Both the position numbers and the translations under genes were made by a program. Below the pieces are notes generated by a model. It was given only the letters and a program-made list of their open reading frames with translations, ran no database searches and had not been told where the DNA came from. Source: Spongospora subterranea f. sp. subterranea (lineage: Eukaryota). From it: DNA of 64,000 bases. The DNA lies in assembly GCA_049724395.1 (NCBI GenBank), contig JAUGWO010000155.1, positions 62,001 to 126,000 on the forward strand, given 5' to 3'. Shown here piece after piece: positions 23,358 to 37,078 of this stretch; positions within the stretch are counted from its first letter, which is position 1; each line of letters begins with the position of its first letter.

Positions 23358-25215
23358 TCAGCAAAGATTAACATTAATTCGATACCAGCTACGAACCTGA
23401 TTTTCGATCAGAGTGCTGTCGTCGCGCGTTGGCGGGTGGAGCAATGCGATTGCATAAATACGCTGCAATGGACCTGGCTTGACGCTCTTCGAAAAACTGG
23501 GCCAAAGCCATACGAGGATGCGGTTCGTACCGGGGATAAACTCGCTGCCAGCCATGTCGACGTTCATATTCTGCATCAGCTTCTCGGCGATGATTGCTTG
23601 GCGATAGGCTGCAAGAGACATGGAAGTCTGAGTCCTGCCGCCTCCTGGGCGATACGCATTGGTCTTGACCCCGACCAACGAGAACAAATCCGACAGCATC
23701 CTTCTCTTGATTTCCGTATCGAGAGGGGACGCTCCGGACAGCGTGGGACTACGATTGACCTCTAAAAGCCATGGATGCAGTTTGTTGTCGAGCAACACTG
23801 TACGAAACGGGAAGCGTTAGAAGAAATGCGGGATATAAGAAGGAGCGAGACAATGCGGAACTACAAAACCAAAAAACTGACATCACAGTAGAAATTTGTT
23901 TTGAACCAGTTAAAAGAGTGCCCTCAAATTTTTATGCACGAAACTGACGAAAACCATAATGGTAAATGCACCGGTCCGTGACGTTGACATCATCGAACGC
24001 GAATGCATTTCGCAAGGACAAACAGATCCAAAATTTTTACGCAATTAACTGACCATCAAATCCGAAAAGCTCAAATAGCTGATTGGCCCGACGGTGGGGG
24101 ACATGAACTTGAATCCCATTGCTGAGTACAGAGTGAACGCTGACGAACGTTTTGGCGATCAAGGAGCTGATAGCCAGTTTCACCGTTTCGCTGCGTTCTG
24201 GTCCGATGAGTTGCCATAGCGAAGATAGGGGCCGTTTGTGACCGAGTTCGCTGACATCATCGTAGTCGGGATGGTTGCGATTGATTGCGGCGTTGGTCAA
24301 ATGAACATAGCCATTGCTAAGCTGTGAAAGATCGGTGGAATACGGTTCGGTCGACATCCGAACCAGGCCCTCTTCATGCCAGTACACGCGCAGCGGGTCG
24401 ATACACGTCACGACGACGTACAGACGCAAATCAAATTTTCGATTATCTATCAGAAAAGGGCCAAGATATCGTGAAACAATCGCGTTCGTTTTTCCAAACA
24501 TCGTCAGTTTGCTATTAGACTTCATCACGCGAATATCGCGTCCCTGATATGATGACGCCATTCAGAATGAGTACTGAATCTAAAATTTTCAGAAAATATT
24601 GAAATGTGAAAAATGATGGCAAGCCTATTGTGAAACCCAAATCTTCGCTTTAAGATATTGATCGACCTGTGATCCGGTAGCCGGTTTAACGATCCAAAGA
24701 GCGTTGGGCTTCGTTATCATCTCATTGCGTAAACGTTCAGATTCCGAAGGCAAGAGAAACGTTTTGGGGATCATCATTCCGAAATGCTCGGCGCCATGGC
24801 GTTTTACCATTCGCCGTATATTGGCGACCAGGGCGTCTTTCCTGGTTAGAGCCTGGGATGAAGGCATTCGGTTGACCACCTGATAGTGGGCCAGTTGTCG
24901 GTAAAGGTCAAGCGGGACGCATCGCGGGCTCCAAAGGACCCTCCAGCTGACCCGCCCTGGCGAGCATGTTAACCCGAGATCGCCTAAAACCTGTTTGATT
25001 AAGCCGGAACCCTTTCCCATCACCAGACATCTCTTAGATACACTGGCGTCACTGTCGCTGTGCGACAGCGGCCTCGGTGCGTCAGTGAGCTGCTGACCCG
25101 CACCCTGTTCTCCCTGTTGTGAGTCGCGCTCGTCACTGGGAGTATCGTCATCTTCACTGTGACAGGAGTGGGCATGCCGGTCACCTTCCTCGGTAATGGC
25201 AATCTCCCCACTCAT
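23358..25215 (-). CDS. Tubulin-tyrosine ligase-like (polyglutamylase-type) protein, multi-exon; 3' end uncertain
   Basis: LTRKD.L, PKTFLLP, WIVKP..GSQGR.I, KFDLRLYVVVT..DPLRVY..EEGLVR, HLTN.AIN, FELFGFD|VLLD..L.PWLLEVN.SP. Confidence 0.9.
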
Positions 25216-25342
25216 GTTGATTTTGCGTTGGTAAGGGGAAACACGTTCGCGAACGGATATCTTGTGACTCGGTACCGCGGATCGTTGGTACTGAACGTTC
25301 TCAGGGCCATACCGATATCCTTTCAGTGTCGATACTAAGGTG

Positions 25343-25360
25343 CTCCCTCCGTAAATAATC
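25343..25360 (+). mobile_element. Isolated Stowaway-type TIR fragment
   Basis: CTCCCTCCGT matches the TIR core at 14018-14027 but is preceded by TG rather than TA; no partner found. Confidence 0.3.
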
Positions 25361-25585
25361 TGTTGGTCTAGTTTCGTATGTAAAGAGCAGTGTAGCCTGA
25401 ACTATTGGATCGCTGAGATTGCGATAGCACATAATGCAATGAGCCTCGTTGAGTTTGACAAAATTACCTCCACCGCGCTGAGAAAATATCTGAGTCCGCT
25501 AAACAAATTCCATTGTGAACCAGTAAATAACGAAGGCGTTGTTTTCCAATATATTATAAGATCATAGTCCAAAATTGCTGAGTGT

Positions 25586-27133
25586 CTACAGTTCAACGCT
25601 TCCGTGCGTCAAATTGTGGAAATATGCTATTGCAGAATGACTACTAAACGGTTTCGGAGCATTTGCCCAGAACCAGTATATAAGATATGAACTGGCTTGT
25701 TCATCTCCATAAACTGCTGATCGCATTTTTTCCCAGACATTGCAGGATATGAACCATTTTTTCACATCCTTCAGGCAGATTCCGAGGTCAACAATAAACA
25801 CTGGTGTGGATGAACGTCTTTTTGTAGCTGAGCATGACAGTTTAACCACCTTTCCCGCTGATCTCAACCCAGAAGGTAGATAAGTCAAAACATCAAGGGA
25901 ATTTTGCAATGAGAACAACGCAGATTTAAACGATTGCCTGCCTCTGCGCTGTTGAAAATCGGCGCGATACTTGAAATCTCCCACTCCAAGCGCTCCAAAT
26001 GTGTATGCTGCCATCGGACAGTCGATCGTCTTACCCAGCTTGAGGTATAAAAACAGTTCTGCAATGGAGCCACCAAACCCTTGACCAGTTATAAATAACG
26101 TTGGAGCGGTTTTTTGAGCTGGCCAGTGGGTTTTTCTCAAGTGTTCAATGCGTTTGGATATAGAGAAAAACGGAATTGTTCCTGTGTGTTCAAGACACAG
26201 TGCTTTCCAGACAGTGGAGCTGCAAACACCACCGCACTTGAGCACTCTAGTTTCACAAAACATATTCAATACATTCTGTTGAAGATCCAATGGGTCAGTC
26301 CCTTTGAATGAAACAGTAATCCAATTGTCAACTGTGTTCCAGAACGCAACGGCGAGCGTGTTTGGCCACCGGGCATCTGCGAAAATAACCTTGGCATTTA
26401 CTTCATGTGGGAATCCAAGCCTGTGCATATGGCTGAAAGTCTCGAAATCGACAGTGTCTACGTCCGTATCAGATTGCCCAATTTCCCAGGCCAGTGCTGA
26501 CATCCTTGTCATTAGAGAGGCGATGCGTCGAGAAAATGTTACAAAATGAGAAGTGGCTTTCAATTCACCCAATTCTTTTCGAATTTCATCTAGGTGCGGA
26601 CTGAAGGGCCGTTAGAACACATCGTAGTTTCGAAATGATCATCAATTTACACACCCTACGCTTCGGACAGAATCGCTAGACACCTTGTCACTGCCAATAC
26701 CCAGAAGATGGGCAGCCTTTGCGGAAGTACATTTGATGATATCCGGGTCTTGAAGAAAAAAGTTAAACTCACCCTTTACTGCAATTATCTCAGCTTAACA
26801 CTGCAACTCTAAACTTCACAGAATACCTTTGCTGGAATCGACAATCTGGAGTTGCCGACCATCTTGAGTTTCACAGATTTGCCCAAGTCGGGTAAAGCCG
26901 AGGAATTGTGGAGGGTCCTGTAAAGTAGCGGCAGCATTGACAGGATGCATCCCACAAGAAAATTGTTCTAAAGCCGTCACGAATTTTTGGACAATCATTT
27001 GCGACACCCCGGTATAGTCCGCGACGCTGAAAATCACGTTTAAATTGTGACTTTTGCGACGCCTTTGACTTCCATACCATGCCATGATCAAGTACATCGG
27101 TATTAGGGATAGACAGATTAAACTTGCTGCCAT
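25586..27133 (-). CDS. Class 3 lipase-like protein lacking the catalytic serine; hydrophobic N-terminal region; may extend further 5'
   Basis: ITVSFKGT, LFITGQGFGGSIAEL (canonical GHSLGGA), YTFGALGVG, NSLDVLTYLP, HSAIAY. Confidence 0.75.
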
Positions 27134-28128
27134 GACCCAATGTTCTTCTGCAGAATTACATGCATGGATGTTTATCTGACCAATTCAAGAAAAAAGCAGT
27201 GTAAGAAAAACAGCATATACGTCGATTTGTCAAAACGTACAAGGCAAGGGAATGGTATGAAACTCAACGTGAACGTGCTGTACGTGAATTTCTGTACGAG
27301 TGTGATGTATCTGTCCACAAGCTAAACCGCAATGCAGGCGACGATGATCCATTGCCTACGCCAGCGCCCAGGCCCGCGCCTGTTGCGAACGCGGGGAGCC
27401 CTCCGCGAGCAGCTCGTCGTGATCGCAGTACGATCGGAGGACCTCGATCAGCGACCTCATCCCGTCCGCCCACTAACAATAATGAACCACCACAAGTCAT
27501 TGCTACAGACTATACACAGCCCAGACAGGTCACATCTATTGCAGTTACGCCACCGACGACGCTCCCGGTGAAGGGGTCGCGCCCCGTTTCCAAAGTTCCA
27601 CGTTGTTCGAGGTTCAGAGTGAGTCTGGCGGATTGATGTTTCATGGCAGGCACATCGACTGCAACGGGTTTCCGTTGCCCCATGACATGGGCGACCGTGC
27701 ACCGGTATCACGTCGAACAAATTCTCTGATTGTTTGACAGATTGGAAATCGCCGAAAACTACATCGAGCTGTATAAGTCGAACATAGACCAGATGAGCGA
27801 TTAGGTTTCAGCCGTTGAATATGGAATTTCCGGTGTACCGATGCTTTGTGTCGCCGAGAAGCGAGAAATCTGCTGCTGTTCGTTTTGGTGACTGGAACTT
27901 TACGGGCCAGTACCAGGTACGATTTGTCTCCAGAGTCAGTGGTATGAGCTATGGCGGATACCCTATATATTCATGAAACGGCCCGGCTCATGCATATGGG
28001 AAGCGAGTAGAGTTGATGGCTCAAGCGTTTGCAAAGACGCACACACATCGATGCGCGTTTGACAATTCAAAATTCATCCGAAGGTATAGGACGATGGGTA
28101 GAATGCGATGCATACAGATCACTCTACG

Positions 28129-29971
28129 TCATATACTTGTTCGGACACCGAAAATGGATTTCAGGGGCTGTATCAATGAAGGTGTTGACAAAATGAGTCT
28201 GACCAATTGTCGAATGACATCCAAAATCTTCAGTGGAAAAAAAGACACGATCCGATTGCGGGTTGGAGCAATTGGGATTTTCGTAATTGACCACGAACTT
28301 TGTGCACATGGCAATTGTCACGTTTTTTAGAAAACCTAAAATCCTTTACAAGAAATGACGAGATCGTTGCAGTCGATTTGGATCAGCAGGCTCTGTTTTA
28401 ACGATCAGGAAAACGTCTTCTATGTACCGTTTGTGGTAAAGGATCCCAGGTTGTCTAAAACAAGCAAATTGTCAAGACTATCCTACAAATCTGAGATGAT
28501 ATTCCAACGCGGCTTCGAATTTACCAGGTGCCCGCCAAAAAGTCGTCAGATATTTCGGAAGGCCAATAGGAACACGACGCCCTCTGGATCAACTCAATAT
28601 TCAGTATTGATCTGACATCCCCAATTTCTTCAGCTTAACTTCCGAGAGCAGGAACGTTTTGCTTCCTTGATTTGGTTGCCGGAAGCACAATCAGCATCGA
28701 ACCTGATAAAATGCAATATTTTAGCCAAATTTTGAAATGTTGTTTTTCCTTGTCGCATCCAGAGGGCGATTTTGGTGTTTTCTTCAAGGTTCTCATAAAA
28801 TTGTGCTTTATTCCTATCGATGGCCTACACAAAAACAGCGTCTTCGCCGATCGTTTGGGCGTATCTAAAAAGCTAAACGTTCAAGTATCACTGGCGAAAG
28901 AGCTCAAATGTGGACACGATAGCCTTACCGTATGGGTGATCGTTTCGTCCTGGTAGGTTCATAATCCAATCGAAGCCCTAAACCAAGCTTTCCAAGGATT
29001 GGTCTGAACAGTTTGGTTTGCCTATCGTCAAACCAGGCCCTGTTGAAACTGTTGTCTAAAAAGAGACCATTGCGAACGGGAGAGATCGTCTCCTCACAAA
29101 GCAGTACCGCTGGTCAACATCGCCCTTGTCCGGAAAGCGACTTGTCGGGAGTCGCTGTTTGTGCAAGTGCTGGTGAATCACGATTGAAACGCTTTTTATT
29201 TAGCTCCAGTAGATGGCACACCATATCGCACTCATGCTCGTCGGCATCAATCTTTGATTTTGAATTCTGATTGTGAATGCTCAGCGGTTGCAGTTTTTCA
29301 GCATCGGCGAATCGCCCTTGTGCGTCCATAAACATGCATCGGCGCTTAAAATGAAACCAAGACCAATAAGGCGAACGCAGTTGCGATCGAAATGTCCTTC
29401 AACAGAGATAATGCAGAGATCGGGCAAATAATGACTTTTCGAATTAGGGGAATCGATCTTGCGATCTGGATTGTTGAACGACAACTCCGATCCAGGGGGT
29501 TGACGAAGCTTGTGCAATCGCTCTGCCAGGGTGAAACAGGACAAGATGATCGCGCCGGCGTTGGCGCATTGGTCTTGGATTCATTCTAGGCGTCGATCAT
29601 GTTGGTGAATTAGCGGGTCGTACAGGTAGTGCTAAGCTCGGACGGTTCTAGGTGAAAAAAAAAAGTTTCCTCCGGTTTCAAAAACTCGTCAAGGGAATCC
29701 GCTTGCTCAATCGCCAAGGTAGCCCCAGTCATTGCCCACTTCAGGTAGCGGGGCGCAACGGCATCATTGTTGATTTTGGCCGAGTTCCGACAGATTTCTG
29801 GCACGACATCATTGCATTTCGTTGCCAGAGGACGACCATTGAGGATTGTAGCAATTCCAAGTATTGGTTCAAGTCGCACAGCGAGTTGACATAACGGGTG
29901 CCCTGCAGACTGCTTAGCAGCACGTCGCTCAATCCTCGTTCGCCGCCCATGCACTGGTCTTTGGAGGGCAT
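28129..29971 (-). CDS. Probable multi-exon hypothetical gene or pseudogene
   Basis: Series of short minus frames bounded by GT/AG-like sites (e.g. QPGILYHKRYIEDVFLIVK); no domain recognised. Confidence 0.3.
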
Positions 29972-30384
29972 GACGAGCGATCTAACCTACAAACTTGGTC
30001 AGGGTCCAAGTCCCCCCAACCGTCCGAATGCCGCCATCGCGAGTGTTTACCTTGTACACATCCTATTGCGGCTGAGCTAGCGTCGCTATCGATGGGTCAG
30101 GGAAGGTTCCCGTTCCCGGCTCGTTTCAATGTGATTCGTTCCCCAGCTGAGCAACTCGATCGAGGCCTGAACAGCCGTCATTACACGTCGCTGTGCACCT
30201 ACAATGCATGTTCGGTGGGTCTGCACACCCCCATGCATGAGTATAGGGATTCTGCAGGGGATTGGATGCGTAATGATGCTGTCGAGACCGTTCTGCGCTC
30301 CCGACGTCAGCCACTATAATTTCGAATCCAAACGACAGCATTATTCCGCCTCCCATCCCTTACCAGAATGTAGTTTTCAACGTT

Positions 30385-30560
30385 GTGAGTCCACAATGGT
30401 CATACAGAACGATGCACCAAATGGAGTTCCACTACAGGCGTTCCGCATTGGTACATGCAGACCTACCGACGGCCGCCATTATCATTTCAAATTCAAACGG
30501 TTTTGACAGCATTCTCAACTGTTCTCGCCGTCGCCTCTTCCCCTGGGGCAAATTGCATTT
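30385..30560 (+). mobile_element. Possible copia integrase remnant
   Basis: HNGHTER and RSALVHADLP...ILNCS in adjacent frames resemble NG.AER / RSML..A.LP...ILNRS. Confidence 0.35.
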
Positions 30561-30845
30561 CAACGAACCGGGAGGCGAGAACCATCCCTGCTCCATCGAC
30601 AGAGAACTCTGTCGAGCTCAGGGTCAACGGGACCGTCTTCGTTCAAAACCGCAATCCGGATCACCAGAAGCTAGGTTCAGGACAGAAGTTACAGATTGAG
30701 ACATGGAAAAACTCCAGACGTCAGCACATCAAGATCGAATCCAAAACAGTCTCGACAACTGTTTTCCACCTCCCATCCCCTGCCAGAAGTTTCAAAAGCT
30801 CAGAATTCGCATTTCCATCGTTCAAACACAATTTTTCGAATTTAC

Positions 30846-32206
30846 TCAATTTGGCAGCAATGGGGCAATCACAGCGCGCTTCTTTTTAAGATACATGAAG
30901 GCCGACGTCATGTTGCTGCGAGTAACCGGCCAGAACCCGGCCGTCTGCAGAGGCTCAACGAAGAACTGACGCTCGTTCGCGATAAAAAACAGGTCGTTGA
31001 GATCGACAACGTTATCAGGTTTGGTGGCGAATTCCAACAGCGATAGCGGGACATCAACACCGCATTCGACGCCATCCTCCAACTCGGGGTGCATATAGAG
31101 GAGATCGGGAACGCCACCGGGATTATTGGCGCTCTTGCGCATCGTGTGCGTGTTCCACTCGGTATACACTCTGTCCAGCGTGTCGTCGATCAATGGGCCA
31201 AACACAACGTGGCTGCACTTCCGCTGGTATTCGTCGTCGGCGTCGTACTGGCCGTTCGCCTCCAAACGGTTGAAATGGCCGATCCAGAACGACATGCCGA
31301 GATCGTACATTTGATTCCACCAATCCCCGATACGTTGGTTCCCAACAGATCGTGCATCGAGAATGGCGTCTTCCCCTTGGAAGTGCTTCTGTACCGCTGC
31401 TGTCAGCGCGTGCTCGACGCCGCCTTCCGAACGCTGCGCGAACGGCATACAGCCCCGATAAACGATCGCATCGAGATAATAAGCGAGGATCTGCTCCGGG
31501 ATACGATGTGATGCGCCAACGTGAAGCCAGACAATCTTTCGGGACCACGCGTCTATACACGCATGGATCTCATATCCAAACCGGCGAAGGTTGTCATTTT
31601 GGCCGAAATGCCAGATCGCATTCGGCCCTTCAACCTGATACTCGCAGCGCGTCAGTCGAGCTTTTTTTCGTGAACTTACGGCTTCCGGTGTGATCGTTCG
31701 TTGTCCTGCAGATACCGCGTCGCAGGTAATGTGAACATCGTTCGCCCGGCATCCCAGGTCCTGACCGTCGCCTTGCGACTCCAGCAGCACCATTTTGCCA
31801 ACTAGATCCTGTAGAATATTTTGCCGAACTGATATCGCTGATTTCTGCAGTTTTCATGAGATGATCAAGTCGGCAAATTCTCGACGACGCCAAATACCTG
31901 AAGGAGATCCTGGAACAAGCGTAGGCTGATTTTTCCGTGATTCGTCTCCTCAACGTGATGCAGGACGTCTTTGATTTTCACACCTTGTTTGATTACTTCC
32001 CCGACGTCGCATTTCGATTCGGCGCTGCGGTCCAGTGCTGAGCCAGGAACATGGCGCTCCAGCCCGCCCCGTTTGATCCATCTCTGCAGGGTTCGCTTGG
32101 AAATGTCCAAACGAAAAGTGCCCCGCAAATCCTCCACGATCGCGGCGTTATGGTGACCACGAACCAGCCGGTTCTGGATGAACTCTAACACATCCTGACT
32201 CGGCAT
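30846..32206 (-). CDS. Eukaryotic IS3/IS481-type integrase-core protein with N-terminal HTH (Clr5-like); one intron (31809-31897); DDE positions substituted
   Basis: Y.V.GPN.IWH, G..IH.CID.WSRKI.WL.V, NQRI..WW, EWN.H..R, P..LY..PE family motifs; ISKRTLQRW HTH; CAG|GTATTT...CTACAG|GAT splice in phase 0. Confidence 0.8.
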
Positions 32207-33693
32207 CACGGCGACCACGATACCGGCAACACTATGGCGCCATACGGAGTACATTCAATACCTCACGCGGTGCGACGGGTTCACCCTCAGGCCAATCATT
32301 GCCCAAGAACATGCAATTTGTGGATCCTTGATCCAGTTGCGTCTTTGTTGTCAGGATTTCGAACGTCCCAAGCAGTTAGGGGATTTTACCTGTTTCTGAG
32401 CCAATCCGGTCGTGTTTTGCTATTGCAGGCGCAATTGTCGAGGAGACTGCACTCATCGTCTCCAGTAGCATCAATAGGTGCCGCTTCGCTCACCTGCCCA
32501 CACATTTTTGTGATCCTGAAACGTCGACACGATAATGAACTAGTACACGCCATAGAAGGACTTTCAGCCTCTCTTGTGCAGGCCGATCGAGCAAGTCGCT
32601 GTTTGCTGTTTGATGGCATCTGCTGTGGTTAAGATTCAGGACCTCGGACTTCAAGTTGAACTTAGGCAGCAGTTGAACGATGTACGAGTCCAATCGTCAA
32701 TGTTTATGAAGGCGTCACTACGGCATGGGTTTCGTGCCATCTGATGGTTGAGCGATGCAAGACTCCGACTCCTGATTCGCAACAACAGCAGATGACTGTA
32801 AATGGCATCTGGAACGAATCAGGCAACATCGCCGCCCTCGGATTACAACTCACTACTACTCACGATGTGTGTATGTACTGCTGATTTCTTGGCGAATCCT
32901 TCTTTGGATTTCATGAATGAATCGACTATCTTCATCGAAACTGCTGAAGTGATGCACAGCTTTATACATGGAAAACAGACATCGTTGACAGAGAACGTTA
33001 CCAAAACAACATCTCCAAAGGATCGCAGAAAACGTCGCGGTGAGCATCCAAATTGGACGGAGCACCGCTGCAAAGGCTCTTTGCCGAAGGCCAACATGAT
33101 GGCAGGTGTTCCATGTTTTTCCTCCCAGCGAGACACTTGACCGAGTTGGCGTTAGACCAGCGCAGGCTGGTTTGGCCGATGTGGGCGATCATCGATAATG
33201 CCCGACGTCTCCAGGTTTTCATGGGCGGTGGATGTCGCCAGCTGGGGCCTGATACGTTCGGCATCACGTCTGCAAGCCTGTTTATGTACCGAGTCATTCA
33301 ATGCCATCGACGGTAGTGAAGTCGGTTGGCCAAAACTGGAGCGGCAATTGGAAGGTTCTTTCGACAAAACAAGACAGTCTGGGTTTGGTTGTCTGTAATA
33401 AGGTTCACCGTCGGATGAACCATCTTGAGAGTCGTCTGACCCACGACGTGATTAGGCTGAAATAATAATGCTTGTACTTCCCGGGAGCACAACGGATATT
33501 GATCCCCTGAATGCCCAGATATTGCTTGAATCAACAGGAAAACGATGGGGATCGCGAACGGGAAGTTTAATTAGACCAAACACGAAAGTCAATGTGAATC
33601 CCCAGACCCAGCGATCCAAAAGAGCGCGTAATGAACTGGGGAGTTGATGAACCGACGGTCACTGTCAAAACTGATCGAATTGTTGCCACCCTG

Positions 33694-34215
33694 ACTTTAG
33701 AAAGTCAAGCCGGTGGTCTAGGTGAGAATGGATCAACAAAGGTTTACGAGAATTCTCAATGATAATGATTTATTGAACAATAAGGGACGTAAAGTTGTCG
33801 TTAGTGGACCGAGAGCACAGAGGGCTGTACATTCCCCTCTCTCATAGAGATACGAGTAATGATTGTGACAAAAGAATCGGCCCTGTCACGTACAACCGCG
33901 CCATCAAGTTGGCCATTTCGAGGATCTTCCACCAAATCAAGAAACTCATCAGCCAGAAATCCTTGTAGCTTGGAAAGGGTTCGATGGATATGATTCAACT
34001 TGGGAACCTGTCCCAAACATGGCGACAGATGTTCTTGAATTCATTACTCGTAACTTTATGAGAGAGGGGAATGTAAAGCCTTTCTAGACTTTCGGCACTC
34101 TAACGATAACTTCATGTCCCTTATTCAATAAATCGTTATTATAGGCTCTGAATCAACTCTCGTAAACCTTTGTTTACACATTTTCACCTATACCACCGGC
34201 TTTACTTTTCAAAGT
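33694..34215. repeat. Diverged inverted repeat, arms ~33694-33862 and ~34041-34215
   Basis: aagccggtggt, aacaaaggtttacgaga, tacattcccctctctcata and tacgagtaatga all have reverse complements in the right arm in colinear order. Confidence 0.92.
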
Positions 34216-35429
34216 GTGGATTTATACTCGACCTCAGAGTAATCGATTGCTCCGGACCTTTGTCGCCTTGCCGCCCACCAGTTTGCTTTTAGGAAAAAAC
34301 ATTTTTGGCGAAAAACAAAACCCAGTTATGCTGGGTTTCGACCTCTGTCTAGGCTACGTTTTCAGCTTAACAGAGCCCGTCAATGGTGCAGCAAATTGAC
34401 GAAGAGCAACAGCAGAAACCGTCTCACTAGCGTTCGACGTATGACTTCAATACAACTAAGATGATCTTGGTCTGATGATTAACTTTAATCACGTCATTTT
34501 AAGATTGGTCTGATCTGCTATGAGATCGTGACATTGTATATCATTTGCTCCATGGCCAAGTTTACATGTGTATCGCCTGTTCTTCGTCCAAACACCTATC
34601 GCCGCTGATTATTTGACGTTTGACACCCATAGCAGCACGTTCCCAACGCCATGGTCACATTTGTGCACACTGTTTGGACAGAACCGGAATGTTTCACTGT
34701 CGACTTCTACATCAAAAGAATGTTTATCCAGTTTAAATCATCATTTCATTAGAATTGGAGATATTCTTATGCCAATAGATTGGACTATGAGTGAATGGAC
34801 GGGCTATGCAGAAATAACTGAGAAAAGGGCTCATAGTCATATCCATTCAACACATAACGCCATGTTGACGCGCCAAATAATATTTCTCTGCGTGCGGGGT
34901 TTGAAGGTGGTTACTGGTTGATTCCATTCATCAACACGGCATCGTGTCAGGTGGAAAATATTTTGAACACTATCAAAGAAAAACAAAGCATCGTACGAGA
35001 GGTGCACCGCCAGTAAAACAGATGTCAAAGGCACTGCCGAACTACACCAACATTCAACAGGTGCCACGTACCTACCCAGAGATTTTTGTGAACCTGAAGC
35101 TTCGGCACGATAATAAATCAACACAAGCCATAGAACGTTTGATTTGCAGGCAGATCGAGGAAGTCGCTGCCATCCGATTCCATCTTCCGTACGATGATTT
35201 GTTCTTCCTTAGTAGTGTGAAAAAAATTACACCAGTCATGAAGCCGTTTTAGTGGATGGGATGAACCAGTAAAAGTACGAATGGGAAGCAACAGGTGTGT
35301 TGAGCTGCGACATGCGTTTGGACAAAGGTTGAGCAGCGACATGTGCTGGAACAAAGAACAGGAATCACAGCGACCTTCAGGACTCCGTGCGGAGTTTCTT
35401 GGAAGACATGGGGCAAAGCCTCACACGTG

Positions 35430-36332
35430 ATGGGTAACAATGGCGCCGACGATTGCCCGGAAGGCCTCGGAAATCAGTCAGACGTTGACAACGATGTGAA
35501 CGAGGACGTCGTCCAGTCCGATGATGAAGGAGCAGGAAATACCAGTGATAACGCAGAGCGCTGGGCCCAATTTGAAGCTAATGCGCTCAAACGTGGCATT
35601 ATTTATTTCAGTCGGATACCTCCTTTCATGAGCGCAAATCGGCTAAGGAAAATGTTCGAGCCGTTTGGAGAAATCGGCCGTATCTACCTGACTCCTGAAG
35701 ATGCCGCGGTCGCTCGAACTCGGCGCAAATTCAAAAGTCGCTAACCCTTCTCCGTCATTCTGGCGATAGTGTTTGCTCAACGCGTTTTTCAGAATGTACG
35801 CGCAAGAATTATGTTGATGGGTGGATGGAATTCGCCAGGAAAAGCGTCGCCAGACGCGTCGCCGAATCGCTAAATAATACGCCAATCGGTGGGAAGAAGC
35901 GCTCATTTTACAGGGACGACATCTGGAATATCCGTTATTTGAAGGGATTCAAGTGGCATCATCTCACCGAAAAACATGGTATTGTCTGCATGTTCTGCTT
36001 AATGTATCCATTCATTTGACTGAATGTAGCGATGGAAAGTGCTGCCCGTTCACAGAAGATCAGGACGGAGATATCGGCGGCCAAGAAGGAGTACGATTTC
36101 ATCGTCGACAAGCAGGAGCAGGCCAAGCTGGTCCATAATATCGAGAAGCGCCATCAGGTATGCAGCCCGCCCCCCATCAAATATACATACTCCCATCGTC
36201 TGACACTTGCGCGATCATCAGAAACGTGGTGCCACTGATGGCCAGGAATCGCAGCCCCCTGTCAAAGTCCTCAGAACGTTCAGGCAGAGTCAGTGCCATG
36301 CAGACCCCCCACTTTGTGATTCGGTCGTCTGA
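35430..36332 (+). CDS. ESF2: Pre-rRNA processing protein ESF2 / activator of basal transcription 1
   Basis: GIIYFSRIPPFM, FGEIGRIYLTPE, GWMEF..K.VA..VA..LNN..IGGKKRS.Y.DD.WNI.YL..FKW.HLTE. Confidence 0.93.
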
Positions 36333-37078
36333 CTGTTTGACTGTGTTTAGGGCAACCCGTGTTCAGTGGCCATGCAACAGCCAGTTAATTATACATTTCT
36401 ATTTCATTCTACCGTTCAATGATAGTCACATTTATTCATTTGAAATTGATCAAGGTTCACGATGGTTGATGGTTGTTAGAGAGCGCACTGTAGTGAACAT
36501 CTTTTCACCAATGCTTGCCCGACGCCGCTCTCGGCGTGAGATCTTTTATTTCGACACCGGACTTGTTTATCTCCTTGTCTCACTCAAATTCGCGGAGTGG
36601 TGCTTCTGTATGACTTTAATATGGGATTTGCTATAGATCCGAGCGCAATAATAACTTTGGCGAATCGCTATACAATGGTGCCTTTTCTTACCATGTCGAT
36701 CATGGGTCGACGGCGATCCATAATCCACGGCTTGGGTCTGACGTTTTTCTCAACGATATATGCCTCTTCAGCAATAGCTTGCGCTTTTATTTGAGAGTGT
36801 AGATGGACTTTTTCGTCCCATATTGTCAATCAGGGTACCGCTGGAAAGGATTTGACAAGGCCTATCATCCGTGGAGTGACTGATTTGCGGTAAAACGCGC
36901 AGTTTCTTAATTCGCCAGCTAAATAGCCTCGTGCCAGTCGCTTGGTTGACATTTGCGGGGCTATTTAACCGCAAACTACGCGGGTACTGTAGCTACTGCC
37001 GGTGTACGCAACTAACCAGTGTCGCGGCCTCCACCACAGTCAGTGATCAAAAAGTGATCACCATTCCATCCTCCCTCA

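Noticed and set aside
36500..36800. LINE ORF2 remnant suggested by a KPWI peptide
   Set aside because: A single short motif in a stop-ridden frame is insufficient.
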